From: Camelus ferus | Taxonomy: Eukaryota | Reading direction: 5' to 3' | Length of the DNA: 64,000 bases | Assembly: GCF_009834535.1 (NCBI RefSeq) | Contig: NC_045701.1 | Location: 92,380,001-92,444,000, forward strand | In this document: in pieces, positions 12,001 to 24,852 of the stretch | Layout of the letters: each line of letters begins with the position of its first letter | Numbering within the stretch: position 1 is the first letter of the stretch | Translations under genes and position numbers: made by a program | Notes under the pieces: model-generated | Database searches by the model: none | Seen by the model: the letters and a program-made list of their open reading frames with translations, nothing else | Told to the model about the DNA's origin: nothing

Positions 12001-15000
12001 GGGGTTCTTTGCGAGATGCGTTCCTAGAACACTACCAGTGGGGTTCCCAGATCTCTGGCCCCCAGGATCCTGGGCGAGTCCATCATGGTGCAGGGTTGGG
12101 GCTGCGGAGCCAGTGGACCTCCAGGGGCACTGTCTCCCTCAGGAGAGCTGCCCACGGCCCCTCAGGCTGGCTGGGCGCTGCTTCTGGTGTTGGGAGAAAG
12201 CGTGACTGTGAAACACCACCAGGGCCTCCCTGCGCCCTGAGGAAGGCTGGCGGTCTGGCCTCCTTCCCTGGGCCTGGGGGGGACCCCTTCCCTTCCCCCG
12301 GAGCTCCAGGCCACTCTGTGCTGCACAGCAGATGGGGCTGCGTGAGCCTGGTCCTTTGTTAATGCAGCAGAGAGTTGAGTCTTCAACTCAGGGTCGTTCT
12401 TTATTTGTAGGAGTTAAGCTTTTACTCTTTAAGAAAGCTGCTTTTTTAATGAAGACACATTAATACGTGTATTTTAAAACTTAACTTTTATGGCTTATTT
12501 TTGAGGAACCTAAGACCTGGTCTAGTGTGAGAGCCAGGCGCCAGCAGTGCCTCAGAGAGGACAGTGTGGAGGGCATGACTATCCTTTGTCACCTTAGCCT
12601 TAGAGGGAGGGTGGGCATCTGTCCTAAAACTTTGTTATTTTCACGCTGAGGGGGAGTTGCCCTTGGGCAGACCCTTTTGGGTGGGGACTAGTTCTGACGG
12701 GTTGCCCCGGGCACCAGGGGCTCTTGGTGCCTGAATCTGGGCAGCAGGTTGGCCAGGACCCGTCTCCATCGAGCTCTGTGCCTGGCCTGTGCTGTCAGCT
12801 GTGCAGGGTGAACCCCCAAGTCCCAGAAGCCCCTTCTGTGCTCACGTCTTTGGTCCGGGCCAGTGTCCTCTGGCCCTTTCTGGTTTCTCCTGTTACTGCT
12901 CATGGTCTCCTCACTTACCCACCGGAAAGCTTAGCTGGCAGGGAGCCCGAGTCACCTGCTGGTTTGCTGGACCAGCGAGGGCCCGACGGTGGGCGGCCGG
13001 GCTCGGACTCCGGGACCCGCAGCCGGCAGCGGGCTTGGAGTTGGGGTGTCTCACTAGGGCTGACGTTTCAGTGAGGCCCCTCCTCCCCACCGGTCTCCCC
13101 CATCTGCGGGGCCGGGGCCCTGTGGAGGTGAGCGCAGGCTCCCGAGCTGGGCTGGAGGCGCGCCTGTTCGTGCTGCTTCACGTGGAGTGAGACGCTCCAC
13201 AGCCGGCCTGCTGCCCGTCCTGGCAGGGGTGGGGGGTGTGTGTGTGCGCGCGTGCATCTCATGGCAGGGCCCTCCCTGAGCTCCTAGGGTCCCTTTGGAG
13301 GGTCCTGGTTCTCCTGCGATTGTGCCTGTGTGAGCGCCACCCCCGGCAACACATGGAGGTCTGGGTGCCACGCAGCCTGAGGGGCTGGCATCTCAGGCCC
13401 CTCTGGCTGCACGTGGCGGAAATGGGTTGATCACACCTGATTTCTGGACTTCGGTACGTTCTGTCTCCCCAGAGAGCAGGTGCCCGGAAGCCCAGAGCCT
13501 CTGGCCCAGTGCAGGGGTGCGGGGCTGGGGGCCGGGTGGCGCTGTGCCTTGCCTTTGGTGCAGCTTTCCATCAGGCTGGGGGTAGGAGTGCGTTGGTGGG
13601 GTTTCACTCTCATACCCTCACCCGTTGCTTTAGTTCCTTATTTAATTTTGTTCTCATATCAAGTTGTTCTCTTGATCATTTGAAAAGTTTCTTTTATGTA
13701 AATAACAAGAAAGTTACTATATTTAAAAATAACCTCATTGGCTTACTTAGATTAATAAAAAGCTTCTAGTTCACTAATATTTTTAAGGGAGCAAATTTTC
13801 AATTTGGATTTGGTCTTAGTTTAGAAATTGGTTTCTCAGTGGTCCAGATGTGTACGTCCCAGCATACAGGGAGCGGCCCTGGGAGCCGCGTCCCACCCCG
13901 GGAGCACAGCTCTGTGTGCTGAAGCCTGGTCTGATGCTGGCTTTCCCAGTGGCTCAGCCTCCCTGGCTACACCCACACCCAGTGGATTCTGTGGCTGGTG
14001 GTTGTGTGAGGTCACCAGGGAGCGTGACACAGAGGCCCTGCCATGTGGAGAGGCCCAAGCACCAAACACAGGGAACATTCCAGAACTGACTGTGGAAGGC
14101 AGGGGCTGGCAGAAGCAGCAGCTCAGTGATCAGCCAGCCGGAGCCTGAAGTTGGCGGGGAGCTGTAGATGGTTCTGGAAGGCCAGGGCGGACCAGGCCCT
14201 GGGTCCAAGTCCAGAAAGCAGCTTACAAGCAGAGAAAACGAGGTTAGTCATGGGATCTCAGGAAGCTCGGTGCGGGGCCCCGGCCATGTGGGGCTGGGTG
14301 GGGCGAGGGCGCCTTCCTGCTGCAGGCTCGCCTGATGCCTGTCCTTCCATGGAGAAGGGCACACTGTGCCATGGAGGCCAGGCTCCTTCCAGAAGCATCT
14401 GCAGGGCCCCGGCACCACGGGGCTGTTTTAGACCAGCTGAGGATGGTGGGCATTGGCACCTCTTGTGAATCTCCTCAGAGTGACAGGCCTGACTGGCCAG
14501 GCAGTGCTGGGTCCCACAGCTGGGCCTGGAGGTGGTATGTGCAGAGCAGGGGGGCCAAGCCCCTGTGTTTTGGGGGGTCAGGGAGGGTGGGGAACAGAGC
14601 CCGGGTGGCATGGGTTCCGGCCGCCCAGAGCAGCTGGTCAGTGAGGAAGAAGGGCAGGACCCTGGGGGACACGCCCTGTTGGACGGGTCACCCTTGGGTC
14701 ACATGGGCAGGGTGTCTGATTACATTCCTGGCTCCCTGCCTGGAGGTGGTGTTTCACTGTCACTGCATCATTGGGCTGGGGTGGCAGGTGTGTCCACCAG
14801 GGACAGCCCGTCTGTGGAAGTGACTGTCACTTTGCGTGGGGTGGCGGGTCTGAGCTCTTTTGTGTGGTCGGTTGCTTTGGCAATGCTGTGGCCATTTCAG
14901 GTCCTGGGCCTCGCCTGTCCCTCTGGTGCTCTGTCCCCAACCTCCTGATCATCTGTGCATCTCGGGGCAGCGGGCATGGGACTTGCTGTCCAGCAGGTCC

Positions 15001-15267
15001 AGCCTCCTGAGCCCCAGGTCGCAGGTCCGGTCTGTTCTGTCTGGTTCCCTGACCCGAGGTGTGTTTCAAGCACTTACCTGGTGCTGACTTTGCCGACGGG
15101 ACACTGCCCCCCGCCTAGCCCCTGGCCACGCTTTCCTCCACCCCCGGTACCAGGCAGGGCTCATGGGTGCTTCCCTGGCTGGTTTCAGAGGGAGCTGACT
15201 GCGCCGTCAGGGCTGGGCTGCGCGGCGTGGGCTCCGGGTCCTGACGCTCTGCCACCTTCTCTCCTAG

Positions 15268-15318
15268 TGCCCAAGGTGTATGCAGTGTGACACCAAGTTT
15301 GACTTTCTCACCCGGAAG
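15268..15318 (+). CDS. ZFYVE21: ZFYVE21 exon 2 (CPRCMQCDTKFDFLTRK)
   Basis: ctcctag acceptor, GTGAGC donor; FYVE cysteines; 51 nt. Confidence 0.95.
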
Positions 15319-15421
15319 GTGAGCTGAGGCCGTGGGGTGGGTGGGGCGGGCGGTGGGCCTGTGTCAGAGCCCTGGCTCAGTCGCAGCCTGGTCGGTGGTC
15401 CCATTGCGGAGAGATGGGTGA

Positions 15422-15883
<462 letters not shown>

Positions 15884-16181
15884 TGAGCAGCCCTCACCCC
15901 AGCCCGCGGTACCACTCCTGGTAGCAGGGGGGTGGGGTGGGGGGGTCTCTGTGCCTTCTCGCTGCTGCTCTGGGCCATTGCTCCTGAGCATGGGGGTGGG
16001 GGTGATGCCCTGTGACCTAGGCCTTTGGGAGGTAAGGTCACCTGGAGCACAGCCTCCCCTGAGGCGGTGCCTCTTGTGGGCCTCGGCAGGGGCCGCGGGG
16101 TAGAGCTCGCCTTGCTTTCATCCCGCCCTGGCCCTGTGCGTGTCCCACGGGAGCTGGCCTGCCAGCCTGGAACACACGTAA

Positions 16182-16641
<460 letters not shown>

Positions 16642-17059
16642 TGAACAGGGGCTTAACATGTAAAAAAAACAACGAAGGAAAATTTGCCTAAACACGTTGT
16701 CTGAACGCTCTCCTGTGCCATTTCATGTATTTTTGGACTCGGACCCAGGATCAAGCCCAGATGCAGTTGGCACCACCAGATTCCCGAGTGTCTGGGGCAG
16801 GGCCCTCCTGGCACTCCCTGCCGTCGGCTTCTGTGGAGACAAGGCTCTGTGGCTCCTCGTGGGCTCGCGGGGAGGAGCCCAGTCTGGGTCTTCCCACCCA
16901 AACCTCCGTGCGCAGCGGCCGCCCTTCCCCCGAAGGGGAGTCTGTGTTCCGCTCTGCACAGTGTGCTGAGGAGTCCGTGTGGCTGTGTCCACCGTGCTTT
17001 CTGTGTTCTGATTGGCTCTTGCTTGTCTTCTCTCCTGCCTGCCTACCTCCTTGACGTAG

Positions 17060-17113
17060 AAAAAGACACTCACACTCACACCAGCCTCCCGGGGAGCCAG
17101 CCCGCCTCTGAAG
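17060..17113 (+). CDS. ZFYVE21: ZFYVE21 alternative 54-nt cassette exon (EKDTHTHTSLPGSQPASE)
   Basis: cgtag acceptor after a long pyrimidine tract, AAG|GTCAGA donor, frame-preserving; resembles the 18-aa insert recalled from the longer human isoform. Confidence 0.8.
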
Positions 17114-18307
17114 GTCAGACACATGCTCCTCGCCTTTCCCCTGACTGCCCGGGCCCTGCGCCTCCTTCGCATCCTGCTGTCTCGAGGGGTCCACGTCAGG
17201 GTTCTCTGCGAAACACCCATTCACTTTTGGTTGATTTGGAAGAGGGTCGGGTCTAAGACAGTATCCTGGCGGAAGAGCTCTGTCTAGTTTGCTCATTCTG
17301 TCCCGGGGGAAAGCAGGGCTCAGTGACGCTTTCACGTCAGCATCTGCTGGCCCTCAGCAGGCCCAGTCCGCCGGCGGGTGGCGGCCCTTCTCCCAACATG
17401 GTCCTGTCCTTCACAGCCGGGCTCACTGTGTTCTTCGAGGCGCCTCCTGCACGTCCGACTCCTGGAATGCTGGGGCGGGAGGGCCTGGCCAGTGTTTGGC
17501 CCCCTCTGTCCCCTGAGCGCAAGCAGGCTGAGTTGCAGGTGCCCTGGTGGGAAGTCCAGGTCTGGAGGAGCTGGGCTCAGCCTTGGAGGGTGCGCGCAGG
17601 AACGGCCTTGCCGTGGCCCACCAGAGGCCAGGGAGCGGTCACCATCCAGCTGGCCCAGTGAAGTTGCCAGCCTTTCCGAAGTCCCAGCAGCTGGGGCTCA
17701 TGATGCCCATTGGGAGTACAGTGAACCCTGCTCTGCCAAAAGTTTCCTGGAACCTTTGAATCCCCAGAACCTTGTCTTCTCATGGGAGTGGGGGCACTGG
17801 GGCAGCTCCCTGAGCTGGAGGCAGCATAGGAGACATGGAAGTGTGGCCGGCGCGCCGGTAAAACCACTTACGGAGCAGGTGGCGGGCAGAGCCGGCTGGG
17901 GGCACCCACAGGGAGCCCCGCCGGGCCAAGCTGGACTGACTTGCAGGGTAGGACCGTGGCTCATGCGAGGTCACGGAGGCAGCTCTCTGGTGGTGGTTCG
18001 CCCTCTCTACCAGCTCGCGTCCTGACCCCACTGGCCTGCATGTTGACTTGGAGACCTGTGTCTGATTGAAGGACTCTTCTGAGAGCTGGAGTCTTCCTCC
18101 CACAGTCAGCAGAAGAGCTGTAGGTGAACGTCACCAGGAGCTGGTCTCCATGTGACTGCTGACATGGTTGGGACAGAAGGGTTCTCAGAACAGGTGTAGG
18201 AATCGGGTCATTGTCCATGGAGCAGCTGGTCCCAGCCCAGGGGCAGGCAGGCCACGTCCCAGCAGGCTGACCTACACGGGGCATCTTTTCCGGAGCTCAT
18301 GTGCTAG

Positions 18308-18946
<639 letters not shown>

Positions 18947-19507
18947 CTCCACGCAGGCCAGTCAGCCAACGTGGGACCGTGGCGCCCGCTCCCTGCGGAC
19001 ACAGGCACAACCAGCCCGACACGTACTGGAAACGCAACTCAAGTATTCGGAGAACCAAGTGTCCGCTTACCTAGTGCAATACGTACACCGCTGATTAACG
19101 CTCTCAACAGCTTGTGCTTCAGAATTTGTTACCCTGTTGATACTTACCCGGGGGTGGGAGCCGCTGAGCTGCACAGCTGCTAACTGTGCAGCGTAAGCTG
19201 TCAGGCCCGAGCGTGCGAGCGGGTCCTGGCCCCTTGCTGCTCGTTTTGTTAGTTGTTCTTCAGAAGTGGGCCGGCAGCGGAGACCTGGCCTGGTGGGCCC
19301 TGCTGCCTGCCTGGTCTCCTGTACGCGGCTTACAGTTGGCCCGAACCCATTTTACAGGCTGTCCGTTCACTGCGTCACTAATTTGGGGCTGTGCACACGC
19401 CTCTGATACTTCACGGGGGGAAGGAGCAAGCTTTGTGTTTTGTACTTTTCACTTACTATTTCACTTTATTAAAATAACTGTACAACAATTTGTATATAAA
19501 GCTTATG

Positions 19508-19513
19508 ATTAAA
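19508..19513 (+). terminator. Candidate ZFYVE21 poly(A) signal ATTAAA (a second signal, AATAAA, at 19790-19795)
   Basis: Hexamer in an AT-rich stretch ~560 nt after the stop codon. Confidence 0.65.
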
Positions 19514-19633
19514 ACCTATTTTGAAAATACGGGTCAGGCCTCGCCTCGCTGTGTCCCGACCACCTGAGCTGCCTGCACAGCTCCGCTCGGGCCCCGGAAC
19601 ACAAGACTCGCAGCCGCCGGTGGGAGACAGCGG

Positions 19634-19639
19634 TTTATT
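19634..19639 (-). terminator. Candidate PPP1R13B poly(A) signal AATAAA (others at 20571-20576 and 19465-19470)
   Basis: TTTATT on the plus strand ~1.2 kb past the PPP1R13B stop. Confidence 0.65.
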
Positions 19640-20816
19640 GTGTGCATGTGGACACGGCTCCTCAGAGGCTGCCCGTGGGGTGTCCGTTCCTCACCACCCC
19701 GCTGGGTACAATCAGTGCTTCAAACTGGTTGACTACAGCAAGGCTCTACACGTTTGTACGTAAAGTACACACAAGACTCGTACATGGAAAATAAAGCCTA
19801 AGGGCCTGGATTTTAATGAGAGAAGAAAACATTTCCAACATGGTTCTGATAGCTTCGAGTGGTCTAGTCAAAAAATACTCTTGGTATATAAAAGCCTGTA
19901 CGTACAGTTCAGATCTCAGGGAAGTGCCTTACTTGCTTTAAGTCTAGAACTGGGGCAAATGTTATTGCATCATGGCCACCCGGACAGGGAGGCTGGGCCC
20001 TGCCCTCCTGTCCCAGGGCCACCCTCCCGACGCCCACCCACCCCCCCGGCTCGAGGGCAAGACTGCACTCAGCAGGGCCCGTCCACCCTGGGAGGGCGTC
20101 AGAACCACACCTGGGCAGCAAGAGGTTGCAGAGAAGGCAGTGCTGCGTTGAGACCCCTGACTGTGTGTCACCTCGTCCTCAGGGTCCTCGTGCCCATGGC
20201 ATGAAGTCCAGCCCGGCACCAGCGGCCTGGGTGACCCAGATTGAGGCCCAGAGCCGGCACACCAGACACCACCATGGGACGGGAGTTTCCACACACGGGC
20301 CCCTCTGGTGATGCTAGGAAGAAACGCACGAGGTGAGGAAGAAAAGGACACTGGGTTCCTGTGGTTTCCAGGCCACAGGTGGGCAGGGCTCCAGCAGGGG
20401 GACACACCTCACAGTGGCTGGGAGTGTTCACTGTGGGCTGAGTGACATGGGACTGAGGGGCAGCCGTGCGCCCAAGTCGAGCAGAGCATCGGTCTTCACT
20501 GGCCACCAGCCAGCGCTTAACTGTAGGGCTGCTTTCTGGCAACAAGGGCGGTGGTTGAGAAAGCTGGGTATTTATTTGGATTTACAGTAATTGGCAAAAT
20601 TCAGTCTTCTTCGGAGGTGAAAGTACCCCTCCCGGTGTGGGTGAGCTGGAGAAAGGGCCTCACCTAGAAACTGCCGGGGTTTCACATTGTGGACGCCGTC
20701 TGCTAAAGTGAGCACCAGTAAAACCGCTCCTAGCTTCAGCTTTCCCAGGGAAGTGGAGAAATCTCCTGGGTGGCTCCTGTTCGCCGGCAAGTCTGGGCGG
20801 TGCTCTGGAGGGACAT

Positions 20817-20858
20817 TCAGGCCAGTGTTCGCTGTCGGGGTTTGATCCGTGGGTACAA
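20817..20858 (-). CDS. PPP1R13B: PPP1R13B exon 17 (LYPRIKPRQRTLA-stop)
   Basis: Identical to the recalled human ASPP1 C-terminus; ccccag acceptor, TGA at 20817-20819. Confidence 0.96.
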   Translation of the reverse strand: MYPRIKPRQRTLA

Positions 20859-21455
20859 CTGGGGGCCGAGGGAGAGGGGTCAGGGTGGGACGGCCGTGGA
20901 GCCGGGCTCCCCACGAGGCTGCACACCAGCTCCTCAGCTCCTGGGCTGTCACCTCCTACTGAGTCCACCCTCAATCCCCGTGGGCTCAAACCATCTAAAG
21001 TCCCTGTCACTGGCTGTAAGGCCCCCAAAGGTGCCTGGTAGGCCACTGACTTCCAGTGAAGGTGGGGTGAACGTGGCACCTGCCGGGCATGCAGGCCGAG
21101 AGGTCTGATGCGGTTGTGAATGCAGTACTTGGGAGCAGCCCGCGGGTGCCCCATCTCCCCACCCACCCCCACTGAAGACACTGCTGGGTGGCGCCTTAAG
21201 AGCAGAGCACAGCGAGCAGCCGCCACCAGGGTGCTGGCCTGCCCCGGGGCCTCCCCAAGAGCAAACACCTCCACAGCTCCCCAGGGCCTGCCAACCCTCC
21301 CGCCAGCTCCACAAACTCACCCACCCGTGGGGGTACCAGGGCTTGGGGGGAGCTCCTGCACTGAGTCACCCACGGGATGCAAGCCGCACCTCGCCCAGCG
21401 CCCCGTGCTCCCCAGGCAGGCAGAAAGGGGTGAGCCAGCAGCTCCGAGCACTCAC

Positions 21456-21655
21456 CCCCAGCAGGTTTTTGGGCACGTAGCCCTCCCGGTCCCCCAGGCG
21501 GGCCCACCACCACTCGGTCTCGCTCTCATCCTTGCGCCTCAGGATGGTGAGCGCGTCGCCTTCGTGGAAGGACAGCTCGTCACTGTTCTGGGCCTCGTAA
21601 GCCCACAGGGCGTACACCACACCTTTGTTCATCACACCCAACTTCTCCTGCACCC
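21456..21655 (-). CDS. PPP1R13B: PPP1R13B exon 16, SH3 domain
   Basis: [66 protein letters not shown]; AG/GT flanks; 200 nt. Confidence 0.96.
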
Positions 21656-22541
21656 CTGGGATGGGAGAGCAAACCGTCAGGTCCCTGTGGCGGGTGGGCG
21701 GCAAAGAGCCCTGTTCGCTCCAGGGCCAGAAGGGCCACGCTGCCAACTCGGCCAGCTGCCACCCCCGCTTAACACCCACAGTCCTTCTCACATCCTGGTG
21801 GGAGGAGTGCTGCTGGGGATTTTAGTCCAGAGCAAAGGCTGTGGTTCTGAAAGACATTTCTCCAGTAAAGCTCAACCCGCACCGAGAACATACAAAAGTC
21901 AATGTCAAAAGCAGCTGCGTTGCTGCTCCGATAGCAGGAAGCTCTCCCCAGTGGAGTGAGTGCATGCCCAGGACCGGCCGCCAGGCCCCAAGGCACAGGT
22001 GTCCTGGGACTGCGGCCCCCCCAGTTCTGGGAGCTCAGCCTGCCTATTTATCACTTTGTCCCCAGGGCCGAGGGTCTGAGGTGGGCTGGACCCACAGATG
22101 TGGGGTGGATGACCTGTTGACTTCAGCCTCAGAGATGCTGCAGCCCTGCCAACCCCTCTGCCTAAAAAGCGGGACGGAAGACCAGTGCTCACCCACCACG
22201 GTCACCACACTGGGACACCGTCGGCCGTCACAGGCCTCTCTCTGGGCGGAGGCAGGTCCCAGTGCATCCCAGCCCAAGTGCACAGACAGCCCAGCCACCC
22301 ACCCCTACTTCTCTGCCCAGAGGGCACCATCTAGCCAAAACCTAGAAGTGGTTTTGTTTCTAGCAACCTGGCACGGGCTCGCAACAATGTGGATTTTCCA
22401 ACACGTCTTCAGGAACGAGCCCGACGGACAGTGTGACCTCCATCGTGATGACTTCCTGGGCTGCCCCCAAGGTTAACCCGGGGCTTCTCCCCACGCGGCC
22501 AGGAGAAGGGCTGGAGGCACCAGCCCGCCCACCCCGCGTAC

Positions 22542-22708
22542 CATACAGAAACTGGGAACACTGGATGTAGCCTTCCTCCATCTCTTCGCACTTGTCCGCG
22601 GCTGTCTCAACGTCACTGATGGTTGAGGCAAAAATGGCGGCGCCACTCTCCACCAGCTGCTTGCAGAGGTGCACGCTGTTGCAGGAGGCGGCGCAGTGCA
22701 GCGGGGTC
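22542..22708 (-). CDS. PPP1R13B: PPP1R13B exon 15, ankyrin repeats
   Basis: [55 protein letters not shown]; AG/GT flanks; 167 nt. Confidence 0.96.
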
Positions 22709-23288
22709 CTGGAACCGACAGCGTGGCCATTTGAGCAGGCCTGGCGGCTGTGCACCCAGGGCCCCGCTCACCTCCAGGCCGCTGTCTTTCCAGTGGCCTG
22801 ATTTCTACTGACAGTTTAGGACCACACACGTTCCTGAAAAGTGCGGGTGGGCAGCGGGCTGGGAGACAGATGCCTATACAATGGCGACCCGGGTGTCCCT
22901 CGCACCACTGGCATGTCCCCAGAAATGGCTGCTGTGGTAACTGTTCTGTGTATTTTACCACAATTGACAGATGACCAAATGAGGCAGGACAGACAGCTGC
23001 CTGTGACGACGACTTCAGGGCCACAGGGGCCTGCCCACAGCAGCAAGACCACTGCCTCAACTCACGAGGCCGGCCTGTGAGACTCCCTTCCCTGTGCACT
23101 TTCTGGCCATTGAAAAACAGACTGACTCCCGCTCAGCCTACAATGGCGAATACGTCCCAGCCAAACCTTTAACAAAACCCAGTGAACAAAGGCCGGAGGA
23201 TGCACACCCCAGGACCAAGTGCTGGCATCCTCCTTCCTTCCTGCCCCCCCAACCCCCATTCTGGACCCCACGCCCCAGGGGCCCTCAC

Positions 23289-23422
23289 CAGCCGTCACTG
23301 TCAGCAGCATTCACATTAACCCCGAAGTCCAGCAGGAACTTGACAATGTGGTGGTGGCCGGCGCAGACGGCGTTGTGCAGTGGGGTGATGCCCTCGTCAT
23401 TGGGCTGGCTGGGGTCCTCCAC
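23289..23422 (-). CDS. PPP1R13B: PPP1R13B exon 14, ankyrin repeats
   Basis: [44 protein letters not shown]; cctag acceptor, GTGAGG donor; 134 nt. Confidence 0.96.
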
Positions 23423-23494
23423 CTAGGACACAGGGCGCCTGTGTGAGCCCCGGTCAGGCCCGGGGCAGCCGACGCGGTGGCCGCGCTCACTCAC

Positions 23495-23632
23495 CTCGTA
23501 GATGACCCTCTGCACCAGGTCGAACTCTCCTTCCAGAGAGGCATCCAGGAGCAGCGCCAGGGGGCTGAACCGGACCCTCAGCCCGTGCCCTGTCCGCTCC
23601 GAGTTTGGCTTCTTCAGGTTGGTCCGTTTGTT
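23495..23632 (-). CDS. PPP1R13B: PPP1R13B exon 13 with the PP1-docking RVxF motif (RVRF)
   Basis: [46 protein letters not shown]; AG and GTGAGT flanks; 138 nt. Confidence 0.96.
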
Positions 23633-24085
23633 CTATTGGGAAGGAAGCAGGCTTTTGACTCAAAGCTGTTTGCCAACCAGCCAGGCCCGGGCGGCAAAGG
23701 CGAGGGTCTAGAGCCTGAGCAGAGCAGTGCCTGGCACTGCCCGGAGGGACGGCTCCACAGCAAGGTGAGTGACAGTGAGGAGGGTGATGGCCAAGCTCAG
23801 CTGCTTCCTTAGGGAGTGAGCTGCTCAGTTCCGCCCACTGCAGGGGAGCCCACCTGCCTGGCCCCCTCGGTGTCGCCCTCCCACCTGGAACCTTGTCTAG
23901 AAGGCTCTCCTTCCCCTCATTGCCTGCCCTTTGGGGTGCAGCCATGGCTCCCCTCCTCAGGAACACCTTGGGCTGTGCCCTGCAGGGCCCACCAACCCCA
24001 GTGCCACCGCCAACACAGGTGCATCTTCAGCAAGCGCTGGCAGGGTGACGAGGGAGCTGTGGCCCTGGCCCAGGGCAACACCTAC

Positions 24086-24852
24086 CGTCAAGGCCGCCGT
24101 TGGGGGCACGGTGGGGGCCAGTGGCAGGGCCACCTGCTCCTGCCCTGGAGAGGGGGCCTCGGCCCCGGGGCTGGGGAGCTGGTCTGTGGACGGGGTCGTG
24201 GCCACATTGTTGTTGTCGTCCTCGGCGGGCTCGGGGGCCTGGTGGGTGTTCACGGGACAAAGGAGCCCCCCTGGCTCGGGGGAAGGCAGCTTGTTGTCGT
24301 TGGCATCGGAGGCGGGGGTGGGCTCAGCGGGCAGCGGGGCCGTGGGCGGGGCGGGGCCAGCCTCCCCCAGGTTCCCGTTGGCGTTGGTGTTCCCATTGTC
24401 CACGTCGGCTAAGGTGCCCATGAAGTCCTGCGAGGGGCTGGGCTGGTAGAAAGGGGCGCCCTCCATGCCGCCGGCCAGGGTGTTGAAGCGCTGGTACAGC
24501 AGCTTCTGGATGTTGGGCCCGCTGGGGCCCTCGGGCTCCGTGATGGAGCTGCGCTTCTTCAGGGGCCGCGGCGCGTTGGCCAGCTTCCTGCGCAGGGCCT
24601 CTAGGTCGGCGTCGCTCTGGTAGCGCAGCGGCGAGTGCACGATGGGCGTGAGCTTGGTGGGGCTGAGTGGCCGCGGCAGGCTCTCCACGGCGCCCGTGCC
24701 GTCCCCAGGCGGGGCGGGGCCGTCCTGCTCGGCCTCCTTCTCGGTGCTTTCTGGAGGCTGTGGCTGCGAGGCGCTTGTGGCCAGTGACCCGTGAAGAAAT
24801 GGTAACGGGGACGGGGATGTGGAGCCGGACGGTAAGACAGGTTTCCCGTACA
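24086..24852 (-). CDS. PPP1R13B: PPP1R13B exon 12, proline-rich region
   Basis: [10 protein letters not shown]...[34 protein letters not shown]...PTAALT; ctccag acceptor, GTAGGT donor; 767 nt. Confidence 0.93.

Noticed and set aside
13236-13257. Alternating purine-pyrimidine tract (also 127-150) with Z-DNA potential
   Set aside because: Short and common in GC-rich mammalian introns; no supporting context.
19140-19192. U1-like 9-mer ATACTTACC and a 9-bp hairpin (gctgcacag/ctgtgcagc) in the ZFYVE21 3' UTR
   Set aside because: A 9-mer or 9-bp stem is expected by chance in 64 kb; no further snRNA similarity.
22933-22962. Inverted TGTGGTAA/TTACCACA pair (RUNX-like)
   Set aside because: 8-bp arms with an imperfect consensus; within chance expectation.
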